Assembly (NCBI GenBank): GCA_973895155.1
Contig: OZ316892.1
Coordinates: 18,156,357-18,220,356 of the forward strand
Direction: 5' to 3'
DNA: 64,000 bases
Origin: Marsupella aquatica
Lineage: Eukaryota; Plantae; Marchantiophyta
Shown here: positions 51,257-63,186 of the stretch, piece by piece
Layout of the letters: each line of letters begins with the position of its first letter
Numbering within the stretch: position 1 is the first letter of the stretch
Program-made: the position numbers and the translations under genes
The notes under the pieces: generated by a model
The model's database searches: none
What the model was told of the DNA's origin: nothing
Seen by the model: only the letters and a program-made list of their open reading frames with translations

Positions 51257-52279
51257 AGCTATTTAGCTGCTCTCAATTGTTTGCACTACTGAGGAGTTTT
51301 TAACTCCAGCCTTCTGCACCGGTTCCGGTTCAAGTAGTGAACGATGAGGTTTGACCAGTTCTGTGGAGTTCCCCTTTACATCATATCCCATCTTACTTTG
51401 TTGTACCGAACTGGCCATCCTAACAGTTTAAAACCTTGCCGTGTATCTCATTCAATCTTTTGTGGTAATATGAAATGAGTGGTACTGGCTCAACGAATCA
51501 TCTGGGCTCCGAAAAGAAGGAACTGTCTGATGATGTTTATTTTGGCTGGCAGCATTCAAGCCTTCCGTGTGCACTTGGAAGTATGTTGTTGAATGCTCTA
51601 AGTATAGAAGTCTAATTTATTTAATGAAAAACACTAAACCACCGACCCAGATTGGAAATCTGCCCAGATTGGAAACCTGCTTGTGAACTTTGTTAGTGGT
51701 TGAAAACTAGCCCAATGAAATCGGTCGCGCAAAGGTGACGTTGGGTGGTCCTGAAACCGCCAGGTTTCAAGGAGTGCAACTTCAGTCGGACAGGTTTCAA
51801 AGAGTAAATTTAACCTTGGCGGATTACAGCCCATCACCCCCTTCCACCTCGAAGGGGATGGGTTACCTTACACCTGAACCACCTCCTTTCACCTCTAAGG
51901 CATGGGTACCACCCTTACACCATCGATCAGGTTCATGTGCCAATGATATCATCTCGCCTTCAAAATCAGGATTATATTTATTTGAGAAATGTGGGAAAGA
52001 CAGGATTGCCAAACTTGCATGGCATCCGTGGAAATGCATAATTCGAACACCATGAGTGTTTTTTGTCCAAAGAGTATTCCGCCTGCAAAATGATATGAGT
52101 CTGATATCAGAAGAGTCTGATCATTCATAGCGCCAGCTGTGCTTCTATATTTTGGACTCTAAATATATCAATCAATGTGAACCCGTTGCCCCTCTATTTT
52201 GGACACAGAATTCTGGGCGAGAGCTTCAACGTCCCACTTACTCTCGCCCCAGATATATCTAGGTGAGTAAATATGGGAT

Positions 52280-52540
52280 TCAACTGTACAAGTAAAGTCA
52301 AGTCACAATTAAGTAAACTGGGCACAACGTTGTTTCGGACAAACTCATGCTTAAAATAGCTCCATCGCTTCGCATAGGAGCTTTACCTCTTTGCCATTGG
52401 AAATTTTCAGCTGTACAAGTGGACTCAAATCCCAATCAAGCACACTGGGCACGACGTTGTTTCTGAGAAACTTATGCTTAGAATATCTCTATCGCTTCCC
52501 ATAGAAAGCTTTATCTTTTCGCCATTGGAAATTTTCAATT
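52280..52540. repeat. Tandem duplication, ~130 bp
   Basis: 'ca.ctgtacaagt...tcaa.tc.caat.aag.a.actgggcac.acgttgtttc.ga.aaact.atgctta.aata.ctc.atcgcttc.catag...gccattggaaattttca' occurs twice. Confidence 0.85.
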
Positions 52541-52722
52541 TGAGAGTAAACATTTCTGGGTAGCTGCAATAATTTACACAGGGGAGAGTGCCAGAAATTC
52601 TCTCCTAAATCCTGAAAACTGTAGTTAATGCTCCGAGCCATGATCTTCCTACTCCTAAAATCCCGAACTCTATTTTACTTCAATGACAAACTAGAAAACC
52701 TGAGAAACTTATATCTCAGTCA

Positions 52723-52867
52723 AAGAATCATAGGGGTGTGCACGGGTCTCTTCCAGACCACACGTAATTCAATCTCAAAGTTACTAGATAGAAGAATCAT
52801 AGGGGAGTGCACGGGTCTCTTCCAGACCACGTGATTCAATCTCAACGTTACTAGATAGAAAAATCAT
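52723..52867. repeat. ~70-bp tandem duplication spanning the apyrase stop codon and 3' UTR
   Basis: 'agaatcatagggg.gtgcacgggtctcttccagaccac..gt.attcaatctcaa.gttactagatagaa' occurs twice. Confidence 0.85.
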
Positions 52868-55800
52868 GGCGCAATGGAGTGAATACTCTCACAGGTGAGA
52901 GCTCTCGTGTAAGCTTCACCTGCAGAAAACAAAGCTCTAAACATTTTCAACTTCTCCCAATCACCTCGCAAGAAACAAATCCTGACTGAAAGATGTGCAC
53001 ATGGAAAAACAATCTAGAGTAGACAGCCCAACATTCGTATAGATATACTGATACCTACCCTTACTGCGCACGAACTGTAATAAAACCAAAAATTAAACGG
53101 CTAGACAGGACAGCACCGTGGCACTTCAAGTACAGCAAAGAAAAACAATAATTAAATGTATTTGCAATGCAACATCCCATTTGATTGGTAACTGAATCGA
53201 GCTGCGCAACAAGAGTCAAGAACATTATATTGTAAAACAATAGGAAGTAATAAACACGACGGGGCAAGGTTGATAGAAACAATCGAACCTTAGAAATGTC
53301 CGGTGATACGTAGCAACTCAAATCTTCCCTTGACTGAGACCGCCTGCTTTGCAGTTGAGATCCTCCCTTTTGCTGCATCTTGAGGGTGGCGAGTTGAAGT
53401 TGTGACCTGCCCCCCGAATTCATGACACCTGAGCTAGATGAATCATGTAGGACATCGCATTCCAAGACTGGCCCATCACCGCCTGCATGCATGTCTCCTG
53501 ATTCAAACATCTGGTGATGGAAACTTTTGGGACCATTTGGAGCTGGACTGTGGGGCTGCTTCAACCTCAATTCACCTGTGCATCGCAACACTGCTCGCAT
53601 CAGTAGCGGTCTTGCTAGAGGCAGAATTCTACATGAGTAAACCTACCCCTGTTCCAAGCCAAAAGGTCTATTTTATGACGAGACGTGCAGTGTCATTTAT
53701 TTTCGTATCACACTAATCTCCATTGCACATGGCTTAATATGTAGTGGCGATAGAAGGCAATGTTTTCAAGTCCAGCAACACTTTGATCTTCAGTTTATTC
53801 TACAGGGCAACAGTCCAGAAATAAGTTGACATGATTGCATCCTCCCCTATGCCTTGACTTGTCAAACCAAGCTCTTTCGAATTAGACTATGAAGAACCCC
53901 TAAGCAAAAAGCTCTGTAAAGGCCCGTCCTCTTCTTGTACTCTCGTCTCGTTACTGGAATTGCAAATTGGAACAGTGTCTCAAGGAACAAGAGATAGCTC
54001 ACCAGTTTGGTCACCAAGTTTCAGTTGCGATCGGAATGTAGGCGGGAACCATGAAAATAGACCACTACTCACAGACGGTGGTACAAACAAAGGTATGTAT
54101 GGTCGATGCCGCAAATGAAAGTAGGTCCAGCGCCCAAAAACAATGAGCAGAAGAACTACCAGGAATACTAGCACAAGTAGAGCTGTGAAAGAATGTACAC
54201 TTAAGGAAAACCCTGATTGTCCCAATCCCCACAATGTGCTTCCCTGTCCACCTGTAAGCTTCGCTGGAAGCAAGGCACCAGCTTCATTAAGGGCAGCACC
54301 CAGCGTCCATGCGAAGTCCCCGGACCCTATTGCAACCTGCTCATCACGGAGATGTAGACCATGGCGAAGCAAAGCGACAACATATGGGGCTCGAAAACAG
54401 TACCGATCGATACTCGGCTGAGAAACAACACTCTGTCGAGCGTGTTCCCACTCCAGCTGACAGAACTGTTGTCCTTTGTGAAGAAGGTCATCGAGGGAAT
54501 TTGTTGAAGTCAGCCCAAAAAATTTGAACACCACAAAGAATCCTGCCAGAGCTAAAAATTGACCCTGGGGTTCTGGCTGATACTTCCCTAAAGCACATTT
54601 GGATTTTTTGCAACCTTTCCCTTTAGAAGGTCCCGACATATTGATGACTGACATGACCAAACTCTGACACTGCTCCCAGTCAGGTCTTCCAATGAGTTCT
54701 ACCTCAGGTCCTGCTCCGACAGCCGCCAAAATTCTCCGACGTCCTCCGTCTGGCTCATGTGAATAAGCCAGAGGGGGGAGGAGACAATGAGAAGAACATG
54801 TATATGGCTGCCTATAGCCGGAATTCAAGCAGGGATGTGCTATCTGATAGGAACCTTTCCCACCGTCCTTCTCAGAAATTGCAGCGCCCTCTATTAGTAA
54901 GGCAACGGACTTCTCAAAGGCATCATTTAGTCCAAAGCCAGCATGAGAGTGAGCATAGAGATGGTGGTTTGCTGATCCCACACTGACATTCACTAAAAAC
55001 TCAGTTTTGGGAATCTCTCGAATTGGCTCAAACGTGACCTCTAAAGAAGAACCGCCTAAGTCAAGAGCTCCAAGTGTAGGCTCAGTGGAAGGAAAGCCGA
55101 GTCGGTTATAATTATAATTTAAAGCAATCCATCCATAGTAAGCCTCCTCCTGTCCACTTATGATGCGAACCCACTCTCTCCTGCATAAGAAAGGAGATCG
55201 TACCAAAGAAGACCAAGCTTTATCAAGCAGCCACCGAGAGTCCACTGCTGGTAACCTCCGAAGTCCAGCTGTTGCCAGGAAAAATACTTTTGCCTTCTTT
55301 TGGGCAGCTCGAGGAATCTGTTTGGTGGCCCATCGTACCAGAGGCTCAATTGCTGATGCCACACCGGACTCGTTGCGAAGAAGTTTATCCAACCCAGGTT
55401 CCGTCTCCATGCGATTGTACAACCGGCTGTCTCCCTGTTTATTAGCCTTGTCCAAGGAGGGGGCGGGTCCGTCATGTCTTTGAACCTCACCATGCTTGTC
55501 ACGTGTAGGTTTCAACATGACTGGAAGTGATCCGATGCCATCCTGTGTCCATCCATACACATGGACTCGTGTTCCCGTACTACCGCAATCGATAACAACA
55601 GCATACTCGAGGTGCTGCTGTTCACCGCCTCCTCCGCTATACCGACCCCACAGAAAGCCTAAAAAGAGCACAGTCCCAACCAGGGCAACCAACGAGAGAA
55701 GGAGCCTTCCTCTTGTACATAAGGCATTGTTGTAGAAAAGAGGAATCACAGAACCAGAAGACCTCCTCAAATGATTGCTCTTGATTGAAGTCAACGAAGG

Positions 55801-56103
55801 TGTCCCACCCTCATTCCTTGGAGCCTGCTGGCTAGGGAGAGGGGACGATCCAAAACCTCCAACCAAGGATGCGACTCTTGGAAGTCCACTGGGAAGAGAC
55901 CCAGTCCGATAGGCAGAGAAATCTTGCAAAGAAGACGATCCCCTTAAGCTGCTTTCCCTAGTATACACTCTGGATTGTCTCCCTGCCGAGTGTAATGCTG
56001 CTGATGAAAATTGAGAGGAGGAAGAAGAAGACGAACCAGATGATGTTGTTGATGATGATACTGATTGTTGAGAAACGGGGAGCATCCCACTAGCAGTACC
56101 CAT
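52851..56103 (-). CDS. GDA1/CD39 nucleoside phosphatase, apyrase 7-like (two TM helices)
   Basis: Exons 56103-54003, 53614-53289 and 52919-52851. All five apyrase conserved regions are present: VIDCGSTGTRVHVY, LATAGLR, ISGQEEAYYGWIALNY, DLGGSSLEV and WTLGAAL. Also SSSLQDFSAY in the N-terminus and LQSRRSQSREDL in the tail, typical of APY7. Confidence 0.93.
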
Positions 56104-57763
56104 GGCAAATTTTGCAAAATTGAAATAGAACTCAAATCGCGCCTGACACGCTTATGCAACCAGCACCGGCTTGTGCCCATCGCCTGCTCGGGTCTGCACC
56201 GATGAATCTCTCGATGCAATCTTTCGCAACGCAAAAGTTTCTCTTCATGAGAACTACATTTCCCTTTTCTTGTTCATGTGACAGCGGAGCCTCCATCAAT
56301 CACCCAATCCATAAGTTTCTTGCTCTTGTAATCGGAAAGTCCCAAAAGGAACCTCCAACTCTTCTTGCCAGGCTTCTCGAAGTGGGGTTGCTGAGCACAA
56401 TCGTCGCACCCGAAGCAAAACGAAAACGTTTATCAGTTATCCGACTCTAAACTATTCTGGTCGCCAAAGCTCTCTATATGCTAGTCACTCCTCTCCTCGT
56501 TACTCACAATTATTTCTCGAATGCAAAAGTCAAGTTTTGACCAGCCATCTACGGTCAAGTCAAGATGACCATACAATCAATTCATCAATGACGTATGTAG
56601 GACGGAGTACACAGACCATCAGCTCATAGCAGCGCAACACATCGTTACTGACTGCAGGATATCCTCCTGCATTACCGTCACATCTCTACAGGAGTGCAGG
56701 CAAATTGACTCATCTGACGAGTTGAGTGCTGCAACGACTTGCAATTTAGAGCACTGCAGTGATCGGACATGTGGAAAGCCGAAAGATATTTTGGACTGTG
56801 GCAGGATATTTAAGGGTTCGAACATCACCGAGAAATTTACTGTGACGCGTCGTGATGTGACGTGATGTGATGTGACGGTGGTCAGATCATGTTTTTCATT
56901 TACCGTTCTGACCAACCAGTGAAATCACTGATTGGAGTGGTGTAGCGAGACTTGCAGCTACCACCTCACATCACAGTTTATCTGAGACACAACCTCTACA
57001 ACAATGTGCATGACAATTTTCATCCAAATCGACCAATGCAGCATCGTACCAGTGACCAGTGACCAGTGAGCTATCCATGATTCGTTTGGGAAATTGCGTC
57101 CGTCTTAGGGTTTTGGACGAAAGACGATGAATAAAGGGAACAATTCAAGGGATCGAACTCACCGTCACAGAGCCGCAGTGAAGATAAGGATATCAAAACC
57201 TGAGTCGCATCGGTTTTCTTCGAACCCGTTCGCCAGTTGTCTGCAGACCACCGGATCCGTTGCCGCAGCAGAGGTTTTCCATGAGTTATATGACGATGAC
57301 ATAAAGATCCAACAACCGCAGCAGGAGAAGCGGCAGTAAGCTGCGCTACGGCGAAGAAATTCTCAGGATCACCTGTGCCCTCGACCCTAAATCGCACCAA
57401 TGACCCGAATTAGCTTAATGAACGGTCTCTCGGTGAGTTTTCACCGGAGTATTCTCCACCCGCACTTTTCGCAACGGCTTCGGATCCACAGTATATATCC
57501 TCTCTACCTCTCTCCCTGATACACATCTCTCAAGATCAAGCGGAAGAGAAGCGAGGCATCAATGAGAGCCGGCGCCTTGCTCTCCGCTACCAATCTCACT
57601 ACCAGACTCTTATTACGTTCCGCACGGGTCGCCATTTAGGCCCTCCCTATCCCCTCCGACCTGCTCGCTCTCGCTTGTACCTCATTCGCCATTCACGGGC
57701 GGTGACCGGACGCTCTAAGCGACTCATTCGCTCATCCCAACAAAAATTCAAGCAAAACCGGAG

Positions 57764-57814
<51 letters not shown>

Positions 57815-57842
57815 GCTCGCTCTCTCTCTCTCTCTGTCTCTC

Positions 57843-57878
<36 letters not shown>

Positions 57879-57892
57879 GCTCGCTCTCTCTC
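57764..57892. repeat. (CT)n microsatellite, imperfect
   Basis: ~130 bp of ctctct with cg/gt interruptions, upstream of the apyrase gene. Confidence 0.97.
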
Positions 57893-58074
57893 TGGCGCAC
57901 GACCGCACGACTACAGAGAGATCTTGATTGTTAGGAAAGCACTGGAACGGGTCCCTCAGTCTCAACAGCATCAAGGGTCCTCACCTCATTGACAGAGAGG
58001 GGAGGAGGGCGCCCGAATGTGCACCGACCGCGCATCTTCTGTCGATCATCGTTCCATGTTTGTGAAGTACAGTC

Positions 58075-58487
58075 CACCACACAGTATTTCCCGTCTTTTC
58101 TCCTTCTCCTACAGATTCGGTGTAGTCGATGTCATTCTTCGTCTCTCTCCTCTAACAGAAAAATCAGACAGAGCAACCACTCTATTGAAAGAGGGACAAC
58201 AGAGGCAAAATACAGGCCACCACAGTATTTCCCGTCTTTTCTCCTTCTCCTACAGATTCGGTGTGGTCGATGTCATTCTTCTTCTCTTTTGTCAACATCA
58301 AAATCAGACAGACAGCAACCACTCTCTTGAAAGAGGGCCAACAGAGGCAAAATACAGGCCACCACAGTATTTCCCGTCTCTTCTCCTTCTCCTACAGATT
58401 CGGCGTAGTCGATGTCATTCTTCTTCTCTTTGGTCAGCTTCAAACTCATACAGACAGCAACCACTCTATTGAATGAGGGCCAACAGA
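58075..58487. repeat. ~141-bp tandem repeat x3
   Basis: 'acagtatttcccgtct.ttctccttctcctacagattcgg.gt.gtcgatgtcattcttc...gcaaccactct.ttgaa.gaggg.caacaga' starts at 58081, 58222 and 58364. Confidence 0.93.
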
Positions 58488-60207
58488 CACAGAGAAAGGA
58501 GTCGAAAGATGACCAAAGAAAACAAGCAGGCTGATGCGAGCGCAACGTAAACCGACACGACGCAGCCCGTTTCGTAATCACTCTGGCGAATGATTGCTTG
58601 CACACTCGCAAGCTCGCTCGCTCCTCGCTCTCACGTCGATCGATGAATTCACGAATGAAGCTCTGAATCTGGTCATCAAACATTGAGAAATTGCATTGCC
58701 GTAAAAGTTACTCGGTATGGTCTCCTTTACCGAACCAACGGTGGTTTGGTGTGGTTGGTTGGTAGGCTCGTCGCCGCGGCGAAAGTTTGGCTCGGGCAAG
58801 AGTAATCCAGGTTCGGCCGGGCTTCGCTTGCCTTGGCTTTGGAGCGTGACCAGTTCGTCGGACCAAAGTGAGGACAAATCAAACGATCAAATCTGGTTAC
58901 TACAGTCCACTGGACAGTACAGTAGATGCCCGGCTCTGTCAGTTGCCGAGATTTGAACCCCGGATCTGCAAAAACGACATAATAACATTTAAATTACAAT
59001 ATAAAAGTGGCACTTACTATGCTTAGATGCGGAATTTCGGACGCCGAGCGTAGGCCTGTAACTGACAAAGGATTGATTTGGGGACAAGAAAGGGAGGGGC
59101 AATTTGGTCAACCAGCACACTAAGAGCAGGGTTCCATGGAGGTACGGCCAAGGAGCGGAGGAGTGCTTGAAGTGCCCAAGAAGGATGGGCATGCTGACAC
59201 GCAACGCCCGTACCGAGGAGCAGGGGGTGCGGGTGGTGCGGGGAGCGAGGAGGTGGGGATGCCCACCCACCCCTCGCGGGGCACCCTTGCCCCCGCTCGG
59301 CAACGGGCCAGCCCCGGTTTTGCCAAGCAAAGAAACCGTCAGTGGGCGGTCACTCTTTCGTGGCCCGGGCTGCAGCTCATGGCCCGATTGGAAAGCCTCC
59401 CGGGCCAGCTCGCGACCCGCCAACGTACCCTCCCGCCAGCCCTCCCGCTCGCACTTGCGCTGCGGAAATTTTTCGGCAGCTCCCGTCTGCTCTCCCGCCA
59501 TAGCTTTTTCCTGCTGCAGCTGCGCTCGTTGCCCAAACCACAGCACTGTTGCTGCTACCGATCCCACCATAGCTCATTGACTAGGCCGATCCTTGGTTGT
59601 GAATCGGTCATGCCAAGCTGCTCTCACAGCTTTTATTGGGATAGATTGAGAGCCCATCGTTCCTTTCATAGCGCTGTCGCTGAACAGAGTTCGTGGAGGT
59701 GCCAGGCTGATTAGAGGGACTCATTCCAGCAAGGTGTTGTTACCAAATTGCATTGTATGATCCAATAGAGTAGGCATGGATGTCAACAAACCATTCTGAA
59801 TTCTCACTCTACAATTTTGTGAATTGGATCCTTCGTCTTTTAAGGCCACAGTATGGAGAAAATCCACGTACAGCTCTGGAGAAATCTTGTCTATGAGTGA
59901 TGTTTTCATAAATAAGCTGAAGTGAATTGGATTCAGAAATGGGAATGAGCTCATATAATTATCACGTTTCTCATCCACTGTGAATTGATATACATAAACA
60001 TACAGTAGCCACTGGACAGAGCCTATTTTCAAATTGAAATGGAATGAGCTTATACAATTAAACAATGTGCGTGTCTGAGCCACTGGACAGAGCCTATCTT
60101 ACCATTGAAATGGAAAATGAGTTAATAAAATTAATAGTGAATACGTCTGATTTGAAGTAGGAATGGATGTGCCTAATGAATAGCTTATCTTAAATTGATT
60201 TGTGCAG

Positions 60208-61227
60208 ATGGCAGAGGAACCACGTTGCACTGCTCAATGGGACACCAGAGAGCTTCTGGTTCTTGTGGACAGCAAGAAATTCCAGCAAGACCAGTCTCAA
60301 TTGGACTCATCTAGAGATCGAATTCGGACAGCTGAGCAAAGATGGAAGGATATTGAAGACATGTGCAAGGCGAACAATGTTCAAAGGGGCTGGAAACAGT
60401 GCAAGAAAAGGTGGGAGAAGTTATTGACAGACTTCAAAAAAATCTATGACTTCCAAGCCCACACACCCTCTGGTGGTGATGGATATTTTGAGATGCCTAG
60501 GTCTGCAAAGAAGGATCGAAGCTTGCCCACTACTTTCCAGGAAGATGTTTATGAGGCTATGGTGGTTTTTGTGCCGGCAAATAGAGCTGTCAATCCAGAC
60601 CCGAATCAATATGTAGACAGCACAGCAGATGCAGAGGTCACAGAAGCTGTCCGACAATCCAGAGCAAGCATGAATTCTCAATCCCAACCATGGTCCAATT
60701 ATACCAATTCAGACATCGGTTGGGGCGACACAAATCGTGAAAGCCCTGATGCTGTGTTTGAGGACCTAGATTCTGATGCAGAGCCTTTTGATAGCTCATA
60801 TATTCCACCATCAGCTACCCGTGAGAATGCAACTCCTGGTTCTCAGACTGGCCACTCAAGTAGGGATCGGTCCACACCCTCACAGCCTACAAACTCCCCA
60901 AACCCAAGCCCAACCTCTGTCACAGGACAGGGGGATGCTGAACCATCAACCACTAGGGGCTGGAAAAGGAAGAAAGCTTCTGAACGGACCAGAGACGAGA
61001 TGCACAAAGTGACAGAACATTTTGTGAAAGCAATTGCTGAGGACCGTATGTCAAGAAGGGAGGAGCACAATGAACTCCTCACATTTAACAATAAGAGGCA
61101 TACTGACATCCTGAATGCTCAAGTTGAAGCAAGTCGATCTGCTCGACAGACAGGAATAGATGTTGCAAATGCTCTTGCATTCATTGGCGAATCTGTTCGG
61201 TACCTTGCAGATGGATTGAGACAATGA
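60208..61227 (+). CDS. Harbinger-associated Myb/SANT-like (trihelix-type) DNA-binding protein
   Basis: 339-aa open frame: QWDTRELLVLVDSK...AEQRWKDIEDMC...RGWKQCKKRWEKLLTDFKKIYDF...YFEMPRSAKKDRSLP, then a disordered middle, KRKK NLS and C-terminal coiled coil. The ATG is directly preceded by a splice acceptor (tgcag), so an upstream exon is possible. Confidence 0.88.
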   Translation: MAEEPRCTAQWDTRELLVLVDSKKFQQDQSQLDSSRDRIRTAEQRWKDIEDMCKANNVQRGWKQCKKRWEKLLTDFKKIYDFQAHTPSGGDGYFEMPRSAKKDRSLPTTFQEDVYEAMVVFVPANRAVNPDPNQYVDSTADAEVTEAVRQSRASMNSQSQPWSNYTNSDIGWGDTNRESPDAVFEDLDSDAEPFDSSYIPPSATRENATPGSQTGHSSRDRSTPSQPTNSPNPSPTSVTGQGDAEPSTTRGWKRKKASERTRDEMHKVTEHFVKAIAEDRMSRREEHNELLTFNNKRHTDILNAQVEASRSARQTGIDVANALAFIGESVRYLADGLRQ

Positions 61228-61743
61228 AGAAACACTTCAGGAGATTTAGCTTCACAGCATATCGTTCAATAGTAGATATGACAGTCCTTCAGTAGTGAGA
61301 AATACAAAGACTACAGACTCAATACAATCTAGCATATCATTTTGTGGCGAAAATACTGCAGAAGCTTTTGCTGTCACTTCTGCACTTTAGACAAATTTTG
61401 AAAGTCAAACATTGAAATGTAAGAGCTTTTCTCTATAAAACGAAGACTACTGTTGTGCTGGTGATTCAGTGGGCAACTTGTGTACATGATAACATTGACA
61501 ACAACTCTGTGTGCCCAAGACTGTGGGTCAGTCTGGTTGATTAGACAAATATACCACAAACTCACTCTCCACTTGGTAATCTAGTATTGGACAATCTTGT
61601 GTGCTGTGACATTCAAAGTTTGGCACAAATACAAACAATGCTTGCTGAAAACAGAGGAAAATCAATTTTTAAAAAGTTTCTCAACTGCATTACAATGTAC
61701 GAAATTTTACATCTGAGTGCCCACTAGGCACTTCAACTCTTGA

Positions 61744-63186
61744 CTATGCTACATGGTCCATTAAGGCCATTCGTGCTTCAGGCCCCCCTCTGTACATCCT
61801 GCGGTTGGGCCGTAGGACTCCTGCATAGCCTGGTGGGTGAGGTGGATAGTTTTGCCAAACTACATTTGCCAGCCCATCATTCCTGTCTATGATAAGATTG
61901 TGAAGAACACAACAGGCAAAGATCATTGGTCCAAGTCGTTCAATCCGAGGCTTCCACAACACCCTGCTGAGAATTCTCCATGTCCCTTTCAGTCTACCAA
62001 AAGCTCTTTCTACACACATTCTAGTGCTAGAGAGCTTGTAGTTAAAAGCATCAGTTTGCTCTGAAATACCTCTTGCAAAAGGGACAATGAGCCAAGGGAG
62101 TAAAGGATATCCTGCATCCCCAATGATGTACTCTTGCAGCATCCGGCCATCATGACAATGGAATAGAGGTCCACTCAATCGACTATGGTATTGTGTCACT
62201 TGGTAGTAAAACCGAGACATCCTCATTAATCTTGTATCCTGAATGCTTCCGGGCAGCCCACAACAAACATCCAAGAATCTCAATTTCTGGTCACAAATAG
62301 CTTGCATGGAGACTGACAGCTTGTGCTTCCAATCATAGTATTGGGTGGAATCCTCACCAAATGGCAACTCAATTGGCAAGTGAGTGCCATCAATAGCTCC
62401 ACAACAATTTGGAAAACCCCATCTATCCTGAAATCCCTGCTTAACTTGGGTTAGACCTGCCTCATCTGGCCATCGAATCACATGTGCAGCCCGCCTGCGT
62501 AAAGAAGAAATGAATTTCCAAGTAACCTTCACTGCAGAACTTTTTGAAACTCCAAACAATTCGCCCAGTGTGAGAAATGTATCTCCTGTAGCCAGACGTC
62601 TCAGTGCAAGGGCAACTTGCCTCATCACCAAAAGCTGTCGATTAGGTAGGATTCGCAATGAAATAGGAGGGTCTGTAATCATATCGTCATGCAACAGCTC
62701 ACATATGTAGAAAAAAAGTTGGGGACCAATTCTGAAAAACTCTTGAAAACGGTGTGGGTCCTCCCAAGGTGTCTCATCAATCCAAATAATTAATCTCTGT
62801 CGTGTACGAGGTTTAATGTACCACTGATCGATAACCTGCCTTGGTCGAATGTGTACTAACCCAAGTGCTTGCAGAAAAGAGGGCATTATGTGAGAAAACA
62901 ATAGGGCTCTGCAGAATGTTGATTGGGTCAATTCAGAAGTTTCCATGGAGTCCAGTAAAAGATAGGAGCTCTCAAACAGTGGCATCATCAAATGGACTAC
63001 AGTGGCAATTGAGGCCATCAAAGATGCAATTGTTCTCAGTATGGAGTGGAGTCGATCTGGTCCGGATGCAGGTTGAAACCTGCGAGGAGGAGGTCTCCTT
63101 TGCTCCACAACAGTGTTTAGAGAGAGATTGAGATCAGGAATGTCAATGGGCAACTCATCTCCAATATTATTATTCACCCCTGCCAT
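61744..63186 (-). CDS. PIF/Harbinger DDE transposase (HARBI1/ALP1-like)
   Basis: Uninterrupted frame (open to 63321; likely start MAGVNNN at 63186). Motifs FQEFFRIG, HTH QVALALRRLATG...LGELFGVSKSS, GAIDGTH, GSIQDTR, IIGDAGYPL and RMCVERAFGRLKGTWRIL, ACCVLHN. Confidence 0.93.
   Translation of the reverse strand: MAGVNNNIGDELPIDIPDLNLSLNTVVEQRRPPPRRFQPASGPDRLHSILRTIASLMASIATVVHLMMPLFESSYLLLDSMETSELTQSTFCRALLFSHIMPSFLQALGLVHIRPRQVIDQWYIKPRTRQRLIIWIDETPWEDPHRFQEFFRIGPQLFFYICELLHDDMITDPPISLRILPNRQLLVMRQVALALRRLATGDTFLTLGELFGVSKSSAVKVTWKFISSLRRRAAHVIRWPDEAGLTQVKQGFQDRWGFPNCCGAIDGTHLPIELPFGEDSTQYYDWKHKLSVSMQAICDQKLRFLDVCCGLPGSIQDTRLMRMSRFYYQVTQYHSRLSGPLFHCHDGRMLQEYIIGDAGYPLLPWLIVPFARGISEQTDAFNYKLSSTRMCVERAFGRLKGTWRILSRVLWKPRIERLGPMIFACCVLHNLIIDRNDGLANVVWQNYPPHPPGYAGVLRPNRRMYRGGPEARMALMDHVA

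Noticed and set aside
57675-57992. SL/ER-repeat ORFs
   Set aside because: Translation of the (CT)n microsatellite.
58989-59714. Several overlapping 150-190-aa ORFs
   Set aside because: A by-product of high GC (few stops) in the presumed transposon subterminal region; no domain signal.
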